Source of the DNA: Campylobacterota bacterium
GTDB taxonomy: Bacteria > Campylobacterota > Campylobacteria > Campylobacterales > Sulfurimonadaceae
Reading direction: 5' to 3'
Length of the DNA: 46,914 nt
Assembly: GCA_034661055.1 (NCBI GenBank)
Contig: JAYEKO010000047.1
Coordinates: 1-46,914, forward strand
Shown here: positions 28,715 to 38,469 of the stretch, piece after piece
Numbering within the stretch: the stretch's first letter is position 1
How the letters are laid out: the number at the start of each line of letters is the position of its first letter
The notes under the pieces: generated by a model
The model's input: only the letters and a program-made list of their open reading frames with translations
Databases searched by the model: none
What the model was told of the DNA's origin: nothing
Made by a program: the position numbers and the translations under genes

Positions 28715-31306
28715 CTATTGGCGTCCCTCATATTTTAAAGATGTTGCCTCTGAGTAGTTTGGCACATCATCATAGGTAAATACTGCATAATATTTCTCAA
28801 TATCAACTGAACCAAAATTATCATAAGTATAGTTTGCCGTTCCGGCATAAAGCTTCTGCCCATCATAAGGTGAACATGGAACATGAAAACGATTCTTAAC
28901 CACAATAACACCTGCTAATGCTTCATCTTTTGGACTGTTCCAATCAAGTCGTATCATATTATTTTCAATACTTTGACGTAAATTACCAACTGCTTCCACT
29001 CCATTACGGCGTTTTTTGATGTAGTTAATAACAAGCCTAGGTTTATCCATCAATTTTTTATCGACAAAACTGGCCGTACACGATTTTGCAAAGCTTTTTT
29101 GAGAGGTTGCATAGATAACAAAATAGAGCTTGTGCTCATCACTCGCTGCATTAATAAGCTCTTGAATCGCATAGGTGTCAAAAATAAAACGCTGCTGCTT
29201 TTGAGCTTTTAGGTCTTCAACACTAACATCATAACCTATACGTTCAACAACTTCTCTATTTTTAATGTTCTCAAAACTGTTTTCACTACCAACACACTTA
29301 ACCATCTCAAGGTGAAATCGTAAATTAACCGGAGAGGTAATATTGTTGGTATTTAGCTCTACATACGTATCAAAAATAACCGTATTTTCCATATCTGGCA
29401 TCGCAGAGAGATCAAACTCAAGAAACGAGTAGATTGCATCCCCATTTCTATCAAACCCTGAAAGCAGTTTGTTTTCATCAACCCCTGCTCTGGAGATGGT
29501 AAACTCATTTTGAGAAGCCAGCTCTAACTTAACATCATTTAGTGTATAGGTAATATCAAGCTTAGGGCGATAGGTCAGTCCTGAACTAAATTTTCCGTAC
29601 CCAATATCCCACTGCATCATCTGTGATGATCTATCTAGTGGTAAGCTTTTTGGACCATCCATTCTAAAAAGCGCTTTATTACGTTTTAAACACTCTTGTA
29701 AAACACTTACCTCTTGAGTAGCAAACGTATAGGTTCTCCAGAGCCCTTGAGAGAGTTGATGTGATTTTGTTGGACGATCAATATAGCCTAGTACTTTTGC
29801 AGTCTTAATATCATCAAAACTGTAGAGTGAATCAACCGTTCGTTCATCAATCATTCCAACACGCCACTGACCGTAACGTTCAATCTGAACCGATACACGA
29901 TTCATAGGATAGTACGATATTTTTGCTCCGGTAATAATAGCATTCTCAGGAACACGCTCTAAGGAGAACTCTGCAACTCCATAACAGACTCCCTTGCCTT
30001 CTGACATACCAACAAACAGAGAGTTGTTTCCAAAGTGATCTCTGTTTTTCTGTGTCTTCTCTCCCACATAACCGATAGCATCAGCATTTGGAAAGAGTAC
30101 CTTAGAGAACATATTGCTATCACCCTCTGTTCTTATCCCAATTTTAGGGGCATATGGAGATTTAACACGTCGCTCTTTACACACTGCACGAATAAAATAG
30201 TAGTAGTTTGTTGACGGTTTTACATGTAAATCAGTATAAGTATAAGACTTCGTCATACCAACACGGTTAGCACTTTGGCAGAATGATTTAGAACTCTTTG
30301 AGCGATAAATCTCAAAATAGACGTTCTCTTCTTTAGAATATTCCCACTCCAGTGTCACCTCTTTTGCACCAACGGAGGTCGCAATAAAAGATTCTACACG
30401 AGGAAGTTGACTCACTTTAGCATAGTTGGGCACTTCGTTAAGAGCGCTCATTAAAGCAGGTAGGTTCTCATTAATATTCTCGCTCATATGCTCTATGTAG
30501 TCAGAAATATTACGAGTACCTACTTCAACAACTAAAGAGAGTGCCCCTTTAGAGTAATAGAACTCTCGTCCACTTCCGCTAATTAAGTGTGTTGGTGGTT
30601 TTCCCATATGCACACCATATTCACGACTAGAGACTTTACGAATCTCTTCAGCCATATTTGATGCCAATACATTAAGATCAGTCGCATCAATAGCATCTTC
30701 ATGAATAAAATTATGTGCAGGAAAAAATACATTTCCTTGTGAATGATAATCTAAGGCAATAGAGATGTTTTCATGTGCCTCAACAAAGTCACGAATTGCT
30801 GCTGTTTCAGGTTCAGAAAATGCTGAAGGACCTGAATAGACATTAGATGACGTATTTTTATTAGGAGTAAAACCGACACTAAAGTTACGATTTAAATCTA
30901 CCCCAAAACTGCCATCTGCATTTTGTCGTCTATTTTTTCTCCAGAATGAGAAGTGAGTACGTGAATACTCAAACCCATCAGGATTAGCACACGGTACCAT
31001 ATAGAGCGTTGCACGAGACAACAGCTCATTAAGCTGAGGATCGTAGTCAATATGGTCTAAAATATATTTTGCAAATGCTAAAGAGAGCTCAATCCCAATC
31101 CACTCGCGAGCATGAATAGTTCCTGTATAAAAAAGAGCAGGCTTTTCATCTGCTCTCTCTACATCTTTAGAGATAGTGACACATAAAATGTCACGCTCTT
31201 CCCACGTCTTTCCTATGTATTCTACCTTAAACAGATTACTCTTTTTAGCCTCAGCACTCTCAAAAAAATTAACACAATCTTGGTATGAACTATATTGTTG
31301 TCTCAC
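28715..31306 (-). CDS. M14 zinc carboxypeptidase with FN3-like and DNRLRE-like accessory domains, no signal peptide
   Basis: IHAREW, NPDG, WRKNRR, GVDLNRNF, FSEPET, DYHS, VEVG; followed by an FN3-like segment and two repeated beta domains. Confidence 0.85.
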   Translation of the reverse strand: MRQQYSSYQDCVNFFESAEAKKSNLFKVEYIGKTWEERDILCVTISKDVERADEKPALFYTGTIHAREWIGIELSLAFAKYILDHIDYDPQLNELLSRATLYMVPCANPDGFEYSRTHFSFWRKNRRQNADGSFGVDLNRNFSVGFTPNKNTSSNVYSGPSAFSEPETAAIRDFVEAHENISIALDYHSQGNVFFPAHNFIHEDAIDATDLNVLASNMAEEIRKVSSREYGVHMGKPPTHLISGSGREFYYSKGALSLVVEVGTRNISDYIEHMSENINENLPALMSALNEVPNYAKVSQLPRVESFIATSVGAKEVTLEWEYSKEENVYFEIYRSKSSKSFCQSANRVGMTKSYTYTDLHVKPSTNYYYFIRAVCKERRVKSPYAPKIGIRTEGDSNMFSKVLFPNADAIGYVGEKTQKNRDHFGNNSLFVGMSEGKGVCYGVAEFSLERVPENAIITGAKISYYPMNRVSVQIERYGQWRVGMIDERTVDSLYSFDDIKTAKVLGYIDRPTKSHQLSQGLWRTYTFATQEVSVLQECLKRNKALFRMDGPKSLPLDRSSQMMQWDIGYGKFSSGLTYRPKLDITYTLNDVKLELASQNEFTISRAGVDENKLLSGFDRNGDAIYSFLEFDLSAMPDMENTVIFDTYVELNTNNITSPVNLRFHLEMVKCVGSENSFENIKNREVVERIGYDVSVEDLKAQKQQRFIFDTYAIQELINAASDEHKLYFVIYATSQKSFAKSCTASFVDKKLMDKPRLVINYIKKRRNGVEAVGNLRQSIENNMIRLDWNSPKDEALAGVIVVKNRFHVPCSPYDGQKLYAGTANYTYDNFGSVDIEKYYAVFTYDDVPNYSEATSLKYEGRQ

Positions 31307-31314
31307 TCACTGTC

Positions 31315-32640
31315 CTACTTAAATAATTTTTGCCACTGAGCAAACTGCTGAGTGGAGATAAAGTCATACTCTTTTAAATCATCGTATGTTGAAATATCTT
31401 TAGAGTCCAATAACTCTTTAATCTTAACGGCAATATCTTCATCCATTCCGTAAAGAGATAAAAGCTCTGTCAAAGTTACCGTTTTTAGTTCAAACTTCTC
31501 ATCTTCCATTCCCGTAGATTCTGCACTACTATTTTGATGCGCATCTTTTACAATATCAGGTAAATCCTCTTCACTTTTTAGTGGTGCAATAGAGTCCGGA
31601 ACATCACTTAAAACTGACTCATCAGTAAGTTCCATGTCAAAAGGTCCTTTATCTGCTAACCAGTAGGCTCCATCTGCTGATGGCTCATATTTTGCAAAGT
31701 AGAGATGGCGTAGTGTTCGAAGAACTGAGGGGTCCATTTTCCCAAGCTCTTCCCATGACCATAGTGGCACATGCGGCATTCTAAAACGCCCCTCACTAAG
31801 ATCCCACATAATATACTGACAAATCCAGTCACGAATGTATGGAAAGGCCGCAAAGGCTGTTGCACACTCTAAAATATATGGCTCTAAGGTATCTTCATCA
31901 ATAGCGATATCACATGCCCAATATTCTGCTTTTGCTGCTTTAGAAGCTTTAACTGCAAGCTCTAATGCGTTCATAGGAACATTCTCATAACTCATTGAGC
32001 CACCCTGAGATGTGTTGGTAATCCACTCTCCTGTTCCTGAATAACGCCAGAAAGCACAGACAGGCTTATGTCCAATAAGCATAACACGTAAGTCACCTGA
32101 ATCTTTTAATTTAATAGCATCTTGAATATACATTGGCACATATTTTGCCTTATCAAAAAGTGTTTTAGCTTCTTGATATGAATCTACTTTGTGCACAAAA
32201 TACCCACCATAATTTGAAGGACCGTAAGAGCGTTTCACAATTTTTGGATACTTAGCAGTTTTTAAGTACTCATATCCCTTCTTAATATCGTAAAAAATCT
32301 CTGTTTTAGGGTCTTGAATATTATATTTTTGACAAAATAGCGTAACATTCTCTTTTGATTTATTTGGAAACTGTGTCTCAATTGATGGAATAAAACGTAC
32401 ATTAGGGAGTTCTAACGCTATCTCTTTAAACGTCTCATACGCTGTAGCTGGAATATTTCCAACTAGCACATCAATATTTTTACTACGCACTTCATTAATA
32501 AAACGAACCTTGTCTTTACCCCAGTGGTACGTTACAGCCTCAATTTTATCTGGCCAGCCTCTAAAGTTAGAGTAGTCAAAAAACCTCAATACATAATCTA
32601 AGTATAAAAACCCGACTTTTGGTAATGCTTTTTTACTCAT
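31315..32640 (-). CDS. Divergent RimK-like ATP-grasp protein with acidic linker and HhH-like tail
   Basis: PKIVKRSYG, YIQD, DLRV, WITNTSQGG, ACDIAID, ILEC; the last ~60 aa resemble a ComEA-type double HhH. Confidence 0.75.
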   Translation of the reverse strand: MSKKALPKVGFLYLDYVLRFFDYSNFRGWPDKIEAVTYHWGKDKVRFINEVRSKNIDVLVGNIPATAYETFKEIALELPNVRFIPSIETQFPNKSKENVTLFCQKYNIQDPKTEIFYDIKKGYEYLKTAKYPKIVKRSYGPSNYGGYFVHKVDSYQEAKTLFDKAKYVPMYIQDAIKLKDSGDLRVMLIGHKPVCAFWRYSGTGEWITNTSQGGSMSYENVPMNALELAVKASKAAKAEYWACDIAIDEDTLEPYILECATAFAAFPYIRDWICQYIMWDLSEGRFRMPHVPLWSWEELGKMDPSVLRTLRHLYFAKYEPSADGAYWLADKGPFDMELTDESVLSDVPDSIAPLKSEEDLPDIVKDAHQNSSAESTGMEDEKFELKTVTLTELLSLYGMDEDIAVKIKELLDSKDISTYDDLKEYDFISTQQFAQWQKLFK

Positions 32641-32648
32641 CGTCTCTC

Positions 32649-33548
32649 CTATTTAGTTTTTCGATCAATCATATCTACAATAAGATCAATTTTTCTTTCG
32701 TTAAAGTTAATTCCCATCTTCTCTTGCTCTGGTGTAGCAAAGGCAGGAATACCGTTAACTTCTAATACAACATATTCTTCGCGTTGAGTATCATACAAAA
32801 GATCAACACCGGCAATATCCATACCAAGTGCATTTGAAGCACGAATAGCAATATCAACCACTTCATCATTTGCCTCACGCATAATGACACTGCCACCAGC
32901 AGTTACATTAGTACGCCAATCACGACCACTCGCTTGTCGTCCATAGCAACTCACAAACTCTCCGTCAACAACATCTATTCTAAAGTCTGAATAATCATTT
33001 TGAATAAAACGCTCTACATAAATATTTCGAATATCCATCTGATTAACAAACGGCATGAGCATATCAAATTTGTCTCTGTCATCAAGTAATGCCATACCAG
33101 CGCCGCCCCAACCATCAATTGGTTTAAAGACCATTTTTCCCCATTTATCAATACGTCCGTAAAGCCCTTCATGAGAACTCTCTCGGTGACAAATAAAGAA
33201 GTCTGACGTTCTCACATTAGCCTTAGCCAGCATCATGTTGGAACGAAACTTATCCTCTGAAATTTCAAAAGAACGAAAGCTATTAATTGTAGGAATAAAA
33301 TCATTTAAAATTTCATACATGTAAACTTGACCTACAGTCTGTTCTCCTGCATTATAAGAGAAGAAAAGATCTAAGTCTAGCATATTGGTACCGTTACATA
33401 TAATAGCACTGTTTTCTGCCTCTGCAAAACGTAAGTCTAAATTACAAATTACATCTATTTCACGCTCTTTAAGTTTGGCTTCAATCTTATTTTGAAGCTC
33501 ACTTCCACCACCATTGGTGTACATCCACATTCCAACTTTACGATTCAT
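32649..33548 (-). CDS. RimK/LysX-family ATP-grasp ligase
   Basis: EDKF, VFKPIDGWGGAG, VERFI, DFRI, WRTNVTAGG, AGVDLL, VLEVNGIP. Confidence 0.9.
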   Translation of the reverse strand: MNRKVGMWMYTNGGGSELQNKIEAKLKEREIDVICNLDLRFAEAENSAIICNGTNMLDLDLFFSYNAGEQTVGQVYMYEILNDFIPTINSFRSFEISEDKFRSNMMLAKANVRTSDFFICHRESSHEGLYGRIDKWGKMVFKPIDGWGGAGMALLDDRDKFDMLMPFVNQMDIRNIYVERFIQNDYSDFRIDVVDGEFVSCYGRQASGRDWRTNVTAGGSVIMREANDEVVDIAIRASNALGMDIAGVDLLYDTQREEYVVLEVNGIPAFATPEQEKMGINFNERKIDLIVDMIDRKTK

Positions 33549-33557
33549 TCCTACTCC

Positions 33558-34661
33558 TTAATTAAAATCACCCTGTTTAATAAAGTACTCAAATAGCTGT
33601 TTACTTAATTCTATTCTCTCATCAAAACTTCTCTTATTAGCACGTTCATGTACCGTATGGTCTCCATCACCAAATGGTCCTAAGCCATCAAGTGTAATCA
33701 CTCCCTGTGAACTTACAATATTAGCATCACTGACACCACCACGCTCTTCAAAAGGAAGCCTGCTTCCTGTAATAGCTTCTATAGCATTAATCCACTCAAT
33801 ACTTTTTGATGAACTCTGCATGACGTCACGCTGAATACCACCAGATAACGTTGATGTTGTCCCTTCAACATAAGAGCTAGCCACTATAATATCTATGGCT
33901 TTTAAAACACGCTCTTTCTCTTGAGTTGTCTTATATCGAAGCTCAAATAGAAGCTGAGCATGAGGTGAGATAGTATTGGCACCAATACCACCTTCAAGTT
34001 TTCCTACATTAACCGTTGTTCCTTTGTCTAGGTCAGTTAATTTAACGAGTTTTTGTAGTTTACAAGAAGCTTCAAGGTTAGCATCAACACCATCAGCATA
34101 GTGGTTACCTGCATGTTTTGCCACACCTGTAATGTCTATGCTAAACGTCCCTACACCCTTTCGTGCAGTGACTACTTCACCATTAACACCTGCTGCTTCA
34201 TAAACTAAACAGTAATCATAATCTTGTGCCAACTTAGCACTTAAAAGTTTAGAGTCATCACTTCCTGTCTCTTCATCACTGACAAAAAGAACATCTATAT
34301 TGCTAATATCTGTTCCCGAGTTTTTTATATTTCGAAGTGCTTCAAGGGCAACAATATTGCCACCTTTCATATCACAGACACCCGGGCCGTAAACCCACTC
34401 ATCATCTTCGCTGTAATTTTCAAATTTTTGTGGTGGAAAAACGGTATCAAGATGTCCTAGGAGCAGAAGTTTTTTTCCCTCTTTTTGAGGTGATTGATAG
34501 TGACGATGCTCTCCAATTAATTCTCTTTTATAGACGGTTGTAGAAAACCCAAGTGGCTCAAGCCAGTTGTCAAATAATTTTCCCACTTTATCAACGCCAC
34601 TCTTATTTTGTGTATAAGAGTTAATATCTACTACAGTCTTAAGATCATCTAAATAGGACAC
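33558..34661 (-). CDS. M20-family metallopeptidase (carboxypeptidase G2-like)
   Basis: LLGHLDTV, GPGVCDMKGG, SDEETGS, HAG, GGVSDAN, HTVHE. Confidence 0.9.
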   Translation of the reverse strand: MSYLDDLKTVVDINSYTQNKSGVDKVGKLFDNWLEPLGFSTTVYKRELIGEHRHYQSPQKEGKKLLLLGHLDTVFPPQKFENYSEDDEWVYGPGVCDMKGGNIVALEALRNIKNSGTDISNIDVLFVSDEETGSDDSKLLSAKLAQDYDYCLVYEAAGVNGEVVTARKGVGTFSIDITGVAKHAGNHYADGVDANLEASCKLQKLVKLTDLDKGTTVNVGKLEGGIGANTISPHAQLLFELRYKTTQEKERVLKAIDIIVASSYVEGTTSTLSGGIQRDVMQSSSKSIEWINAIEAITGSRLPFEERGGVSDANIVSSQGVITLDGLGPFGDGDHTVHERANKRSFDERIELSKQLFEYFIKQGDFN

Positions 34662-34778
34662 ATATACTCACTTTGTAAAAATAGTAAGTCATTATATAAA
34701 AGATTAGTTTAAATTAAAGGTTAATAAAGAAGAAAAATGGAGTTTTTTTAATAAAATCTCAAAAGAGACTCAGAAAGA

Positions 34779-35135
34779 TTACTTTCTAAGTTCTTTAATA
34801 CGAGCTTTTTTACCTGCTAAGTCACGTAGGTAATAAAGTTTAGCACGACGAACACGTCCGCGACGAACCACTTTAATTTCGTTAATACTATCGCTATAAA
34901 CTGGAAAAATACGCTCAACACCAACACCGTTAGCACCGATTTTACGTACATTAATAGTTCTACCTGTTCCTTCACCACGAACAGCGATACATACACCTTC
35001 ATAGTCCTGAACACGGGTCTTATCACCCTCTTTAATTGTAACAGCTAGACGTACAGTATCTCCAGCACGAAAGTCAGGGATATTCTTTTCAGCAATTTGT
35101 GCATTTTCGAAATTGTCAATATATTTATTTCTCAT
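34779..35135 (-). CDS. rplS: 50S ribosomal protein L19
   Basis: [28 protein letters not shown]. Confidence 0.98.
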   Translation of the reverse strand: MRNKYIDNFENAQIAEKNIPDFRAGDTVRLAVTIKEGDKTRVQDYEGVCIAVRGEGTGRTINVRKIGANGVGVERIFPVYSDSINEIKVVRRGRVRRAKLYYLRDLAGKKARIKELRK

Positions 35136-35829
35136 ACAGCTTCCTTTTTTGTTCGGTTATTAGCCTCTTAGGTCTAAAGAATTTCGTCTTACATTCAGAC
35201 AGGCTAATTTTTAGTGCCGCAATTTTACTATGGTTTCCCTTTAAGTATTCTGATGGCACGCTTAAATCTCTAAAATATTGCGGTTTTGCAAAGGCAGGTG
35301 CTTCTAAAAGATGCGTCTCAAAACTCTCAACATCTAAAGATTCACTATTTCCTAAAACTCCGTCAATATTTCTTACCGTAGCATCACACATAACAAGTGA
35401 TGGTAATTCACCGCCTGTTAATATGTAATCTCCTATGCTAAAAAGCTCATCGGCGTAACGCTCAACAACGCGCTCGTCAATACCTTCATAGCGACCACTG
35501 ACAAAGACTACATGCTCTTTTTTTGCCAACCGTTTCGCATCACGCTGCGTAAATGGCTTACCAACTGGTGTGGTAAAAATTACATGTAAATTGTCATCTT
35601 CTTGTTTTAGGGCATCCAGCGCATCAAAAAGTGGTTGTGGTGTCATTACCATACCAGCACCGCCACCTGCGGCAGTGTCATCTACTTTTTTATGTTTGGA
35701 TTCACTAAAATCTCTTGGGTTTAAAAAAGAAACTTCAAAAAGTTTTTTCTCCATGGCCCGTTTTAAAATAGAGTCTTGAAAATACCCTTGCATTAAATTG
35801 GAAAAAAGTGTTACAAAAGTAAACCTCAT
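35125..35829 (-). CDS. trmD: tRNA (guanine-37-N1)-methyltransferase
   Basis: [33 protein letters not shown]. Confidence 0.97.
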   Translation of the reverse strand: MRFTFVTLFSNLMQGYFQDSILKRAMEKKLFEVSFLNPRDFSESKHKKVDDTAAGGGAGMVMTPQPLFDALDALKQEDDNLHVIFTTPVGKPFTQRDAKRLAKKEHVVFVSGRYEGIDERVVERYADELFSIGDYILTGGELPSLVMCDATVRNIDGVLGNSESLDVESFETHLLEAPAFAKPQYFRDLSVPSEYLKGNHSKIAALKISLSECKTKFFRPKRLITEQKRKLYEK

Positions 35830-36374
35830 GACGCCTGCAGAAGATCGTAAGCCCCACTGACTTCAATCTCTTTACGCTCTACATCACTATGGACAATAAA
35901 AGGTGGATGGTAAGGAATTAAAAACTCTTTTGCCTCACCACGAGCTACTAATGAGCTCTCTGTGGTGACACTTAAGTAATCTGTAATACTCATACGCTCT
36001 ATCTCTTTTACCACCCCTAGTTCTCGTCCATCTTCTATAACACTGCATCCAATAATATCAAACCAGAAAAACTCACCCTCTCCAAGTTGACATGTTTCTC
36101 TTGTCTTCTCAAAGGTGGTAAACAGTTTTGCATTTACAAATTTTTTTGCAGACTCTGGAGTAGCAATACCATTAATTTTAACCGTTTCACGTTTAAGATT
36201 GACATCACTAAGCGTAATGGAACTACCTTTAGAGTCAACAAATTCTGCACCTGCAATAAACTGTTCTGGAAAATCTGTCTTAATAATAAAATTCATGTCA
36301 CCTTTTAAGCCTATAGTTCGGCCTAACGTTGCGACATGAAGTAGTGAAGGTTTTTTACTAGACTGGTTCGACAT
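35826..36374 (-). CDS. rimM: Ribosome maturation factor RimM
   Basis: [24 protein letters not shown]; operon position. Start ATG 36374. Confidence 0.94.
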   Translation of the reverse strand: MSNQSSKKPSLLHVATLGRTIGLKGDMNFIIKTDFPEQFIAGAEFVDSKGSSITLSDVNLKRETVKINGIATPESAKKFVNAKLFTTFEKTRETCQLGEGEFFWFDIIGCSVIEDGRELGVVKEIERMSITDYLSVTTESSLVARGEAKEFLIPYHPPFIVHSDVERKEIEVSGAYDLLQAS

Positions 36375-36594
36375 TAATACGGTAGCTCTTACCATCTTTA
36401 GCTTTACAGCCAGAGATGACAGTTTTTATCGCACCGATCATCTTACCCTCTTTACCGATAAGCTTACCAACATCTTGCTGATTCGCAAAAAGAGTAATTT
36501 CACTGAAATCACCTTTTTCCAAGGTCTCGACACGGATATCCTCAGGATGCGATGCAACGAGCTGTGCAAACTCAGCGACAAAGTTATCTACCAT
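36358..36594 (-). CDS. khpA: KH-domain RNA-binding protein (KhpA/YlqC)
   Basis: DVGKLIGKEG GxxG loop; located between rpsP and rimM. Confidence 0.9.
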   Translation of the reverse strand: MVDNFVAEFAQLVASHPEDIRVETLEKGDFSEITLFANQQDVGKLIGKEGKMIGAIKTVISGCKAKDGKSYRINVEPV

Positions 36595-36596
36595 GA

Positions 36597-36827
36597 CTAT
36601 CTACCAGTTATTTTTTTAACGCGGTCACTCATTTTAGCACCAACGCTTAACCAGTAATCTAGTCTTTCATCATCAATTTTAAGTACTTTCTCGTCACCCA
36701 TTGGGTTATAGTGACCGATTAGTTCAATCCAGCCACCATCACGACGTTTACGAGAGTCTGTTACCGCGATACGGTAGAAAGGTTTCTTTTTACGACCCAT
36801 ACGAGTCAGTCTAATTACTGTTGCCAT
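36597..36827 (-). CDS. rpsP: 30S ribosomal protein S16
   Basis: [24 protein letters not shown]. Confidence 0.98.
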   Translation of the reverse strand: MATVIRLTRMGRKKKPFYRIAVTDSRKRRDGGWIELIGHYNPMGDEKVLKIDDERLDYWLSVGAKMSDRVKKITGR

Positions 36828-36894
36828 TTATTTGGTCCTTCTCTGCACATGTTATATTTCAACATGCTGAATATATTAAATTTTCTGCATTTAT

Positions 36895-36943
36895 TAAAAA
36901 ATGCTAGCTTGTAATCTACATGTAGATTACAAGCTAACATTTT
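36895..36943 (-). terminator. Long near-perfect palindrome / intrinsic terminator after ffh
   Basis: AAAATGCTAGCTTGTAATCTACA|TGTAGATTACAAGCTAACATTTT (36898-36943). The single mismatch is G:U on the minus strand, followed by a U6 tract. Confidence 0.8.
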
Positions 36944-36953
36944 AAATATTAAC

Positions 36954-38300
36954 TTATCTAGGAAATCCCCCACCTTGCATCTGTGACATCATGTTTTGTA
37001 GGTCTTGCATCCCTTTTTTCCCGGAGAAACGCTTAGCCATCTTAGAAGCATTTTTAAACTGTTTTAAAATCTTATTGACTTCCATCTGACTTAAACCGCA
37101 ACCTTTGGCAATACGCTGTTTTCGAGAGTTATTTAAAAGGTCTGGGTCTTCACGCTCTTTTAATGTCATTGAACTCACTAATGACTTAATCTGATTTAAC
37201 TCTTTTGAGTTGTCCATATCGAAATCTTTCATCGCTTTAGACATATTTCCCATTCCTGGAATCATTCCCATAAGCGACTTCATATTCCCCATCTTCTTCA
37301 TACTCTCAATCTGCTCTAAGAAGTCGTTAAAGTTGAATTTACCTTTTTTAATTTTTCGAGTAAGTTCTTTAGCTTTTTTCTCATCAATAACACCAGCAGT
37401 TTTCTCTGCTAGACCTTCAATATCACCAAGACCCATTAGACGGTTTACAATACGCTCAGGCAAGAAGGTCTCTAAATCTTCCATCTTCTCGCCACTACCA
37501 ATAAAACGTAGCGGTACATTGACCTGAGAAGCGATTCCAAGTGCTACACCACCCTTAGAATCACCATCATATTTACTTAAAATGACACCGTCAATTCCAA
37601 TCTGCTCTTCAAAACTTTGCGCAGTACGAACTGCATCTTGACCTGTAAGAGAATCGGCCACGTAGAAGATTTCATCTGGTGTAGCGGCCTCTTTAACATC
37701 ATGAAGCTCTCTCATTAGCTCTTCATCAATTGCCAAACGACCTGCGGTATCGATTAAAACAACATCATAGAGTGATGTTTTTGCTTTTGCCAAGGCAGCT
37801 TTAACTACTTCTACAGGGTTTTTTGCTTCATCATCGCCAAAAAGATCGACTTCAATTTTTTGGCTAATTTGACGTAGTTGCTCTACTGCTGCTAAACGCT
37901 GTAAATCTGCTGCAACCATAAGAACTTTTTTCTTTTTTTGGTTCTTTAAAAATGTTGCAAGCTTACCAGTAGTCGTTGTCTTACCAGAGCCTTGAAGACC
38001 TGTCATTAAAATCACTGTAGGAGGGTTTGGTGCAAAAACAAACCCCTGATTCCCTTTAACATTTAAGATCTCATAGAGTGCTCTACTCATAGCGTCTAAG
38101 AACTGGTCCTTACCGATACCAGAAGCTTTAGTATCCACCTCTACTTTAGCAATTAACTCTTTAACAACTTTATGATGAACATCCGCTTTTAAAAGTGCTT
38201 TTTTTAACTCAAGAAGTGCTTTTTTTAGCGCCTTCTCATCGTCATGAAAACGAATCTTTTTTATTGCTGATGTAAACGAATCTGTTAAAGTTTCAAACAC
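36954..38300 (-). CDS. ffh: Signal recognition particle protein
   Basis: GLQGSGKTTT, DTAGR, SKYDGDSKGG, Met-rich M domain, SR..RIAKG.G. Confidence 0.98.
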   Translation of the reverse strand: MFETLTDSFTSAIKKIRFHDDEKALKKALLELKKALLKADVHHKVVKELIAKVEVDTKASGIGKDQFLDAMSRALYEILNVKGNQGFVFAPNPPTVILMTGLQGSGKTTTTGKLATFLKNQKKKKVLMVAADLQRLAAVEQLRQISQKIEVDLFGDDEAKNPVEVVKAALAKAKTSLYDVVLIDTAGRLAIDEELMRELHDVKEAATPDEIFYVADSLTGQDAVRTAQSFEEQIGIDGVILSKYDGDSKGGVALGIASQVNVPLRFIGSGEKMEDLETFLPERIVNRLMGLGDIEGLAEKTAGVIDEKKAKELTRKIKKGKFNFNDFLEQIESMKKMGNMKSLMGMIPGMGNMSKAMKDFDMDNSKELNQIKSLVSSMTLKEREDPDLLNNSRKQRIAKGCGLSQMEVNKILKQFKNASKMAKRFSGKKGMQDLQNMMSQMQGGGFPR

Positions 38301-38469
38301 TACTTATCCTGCTATGATTATCTCGCCCACATATTGCAAGCGTAAAAAAGTAGCGAATTATATCGAAATGATACTTTAAGTTTTCTTGAAGCTATAAATA
38401 ATTAGGTCAAAAATCCTTAATTTTTTCTTTTTTTACTGAATAAGTAGGTATGATTACATCATAATTATT

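Noticed and set aside
32649..33548. Naming this gene rimK, lysX or gshB
   Set aside because: The family is clear, but no LysW carrier or pathway genes are adjacent and orthology cannot be established by eye.
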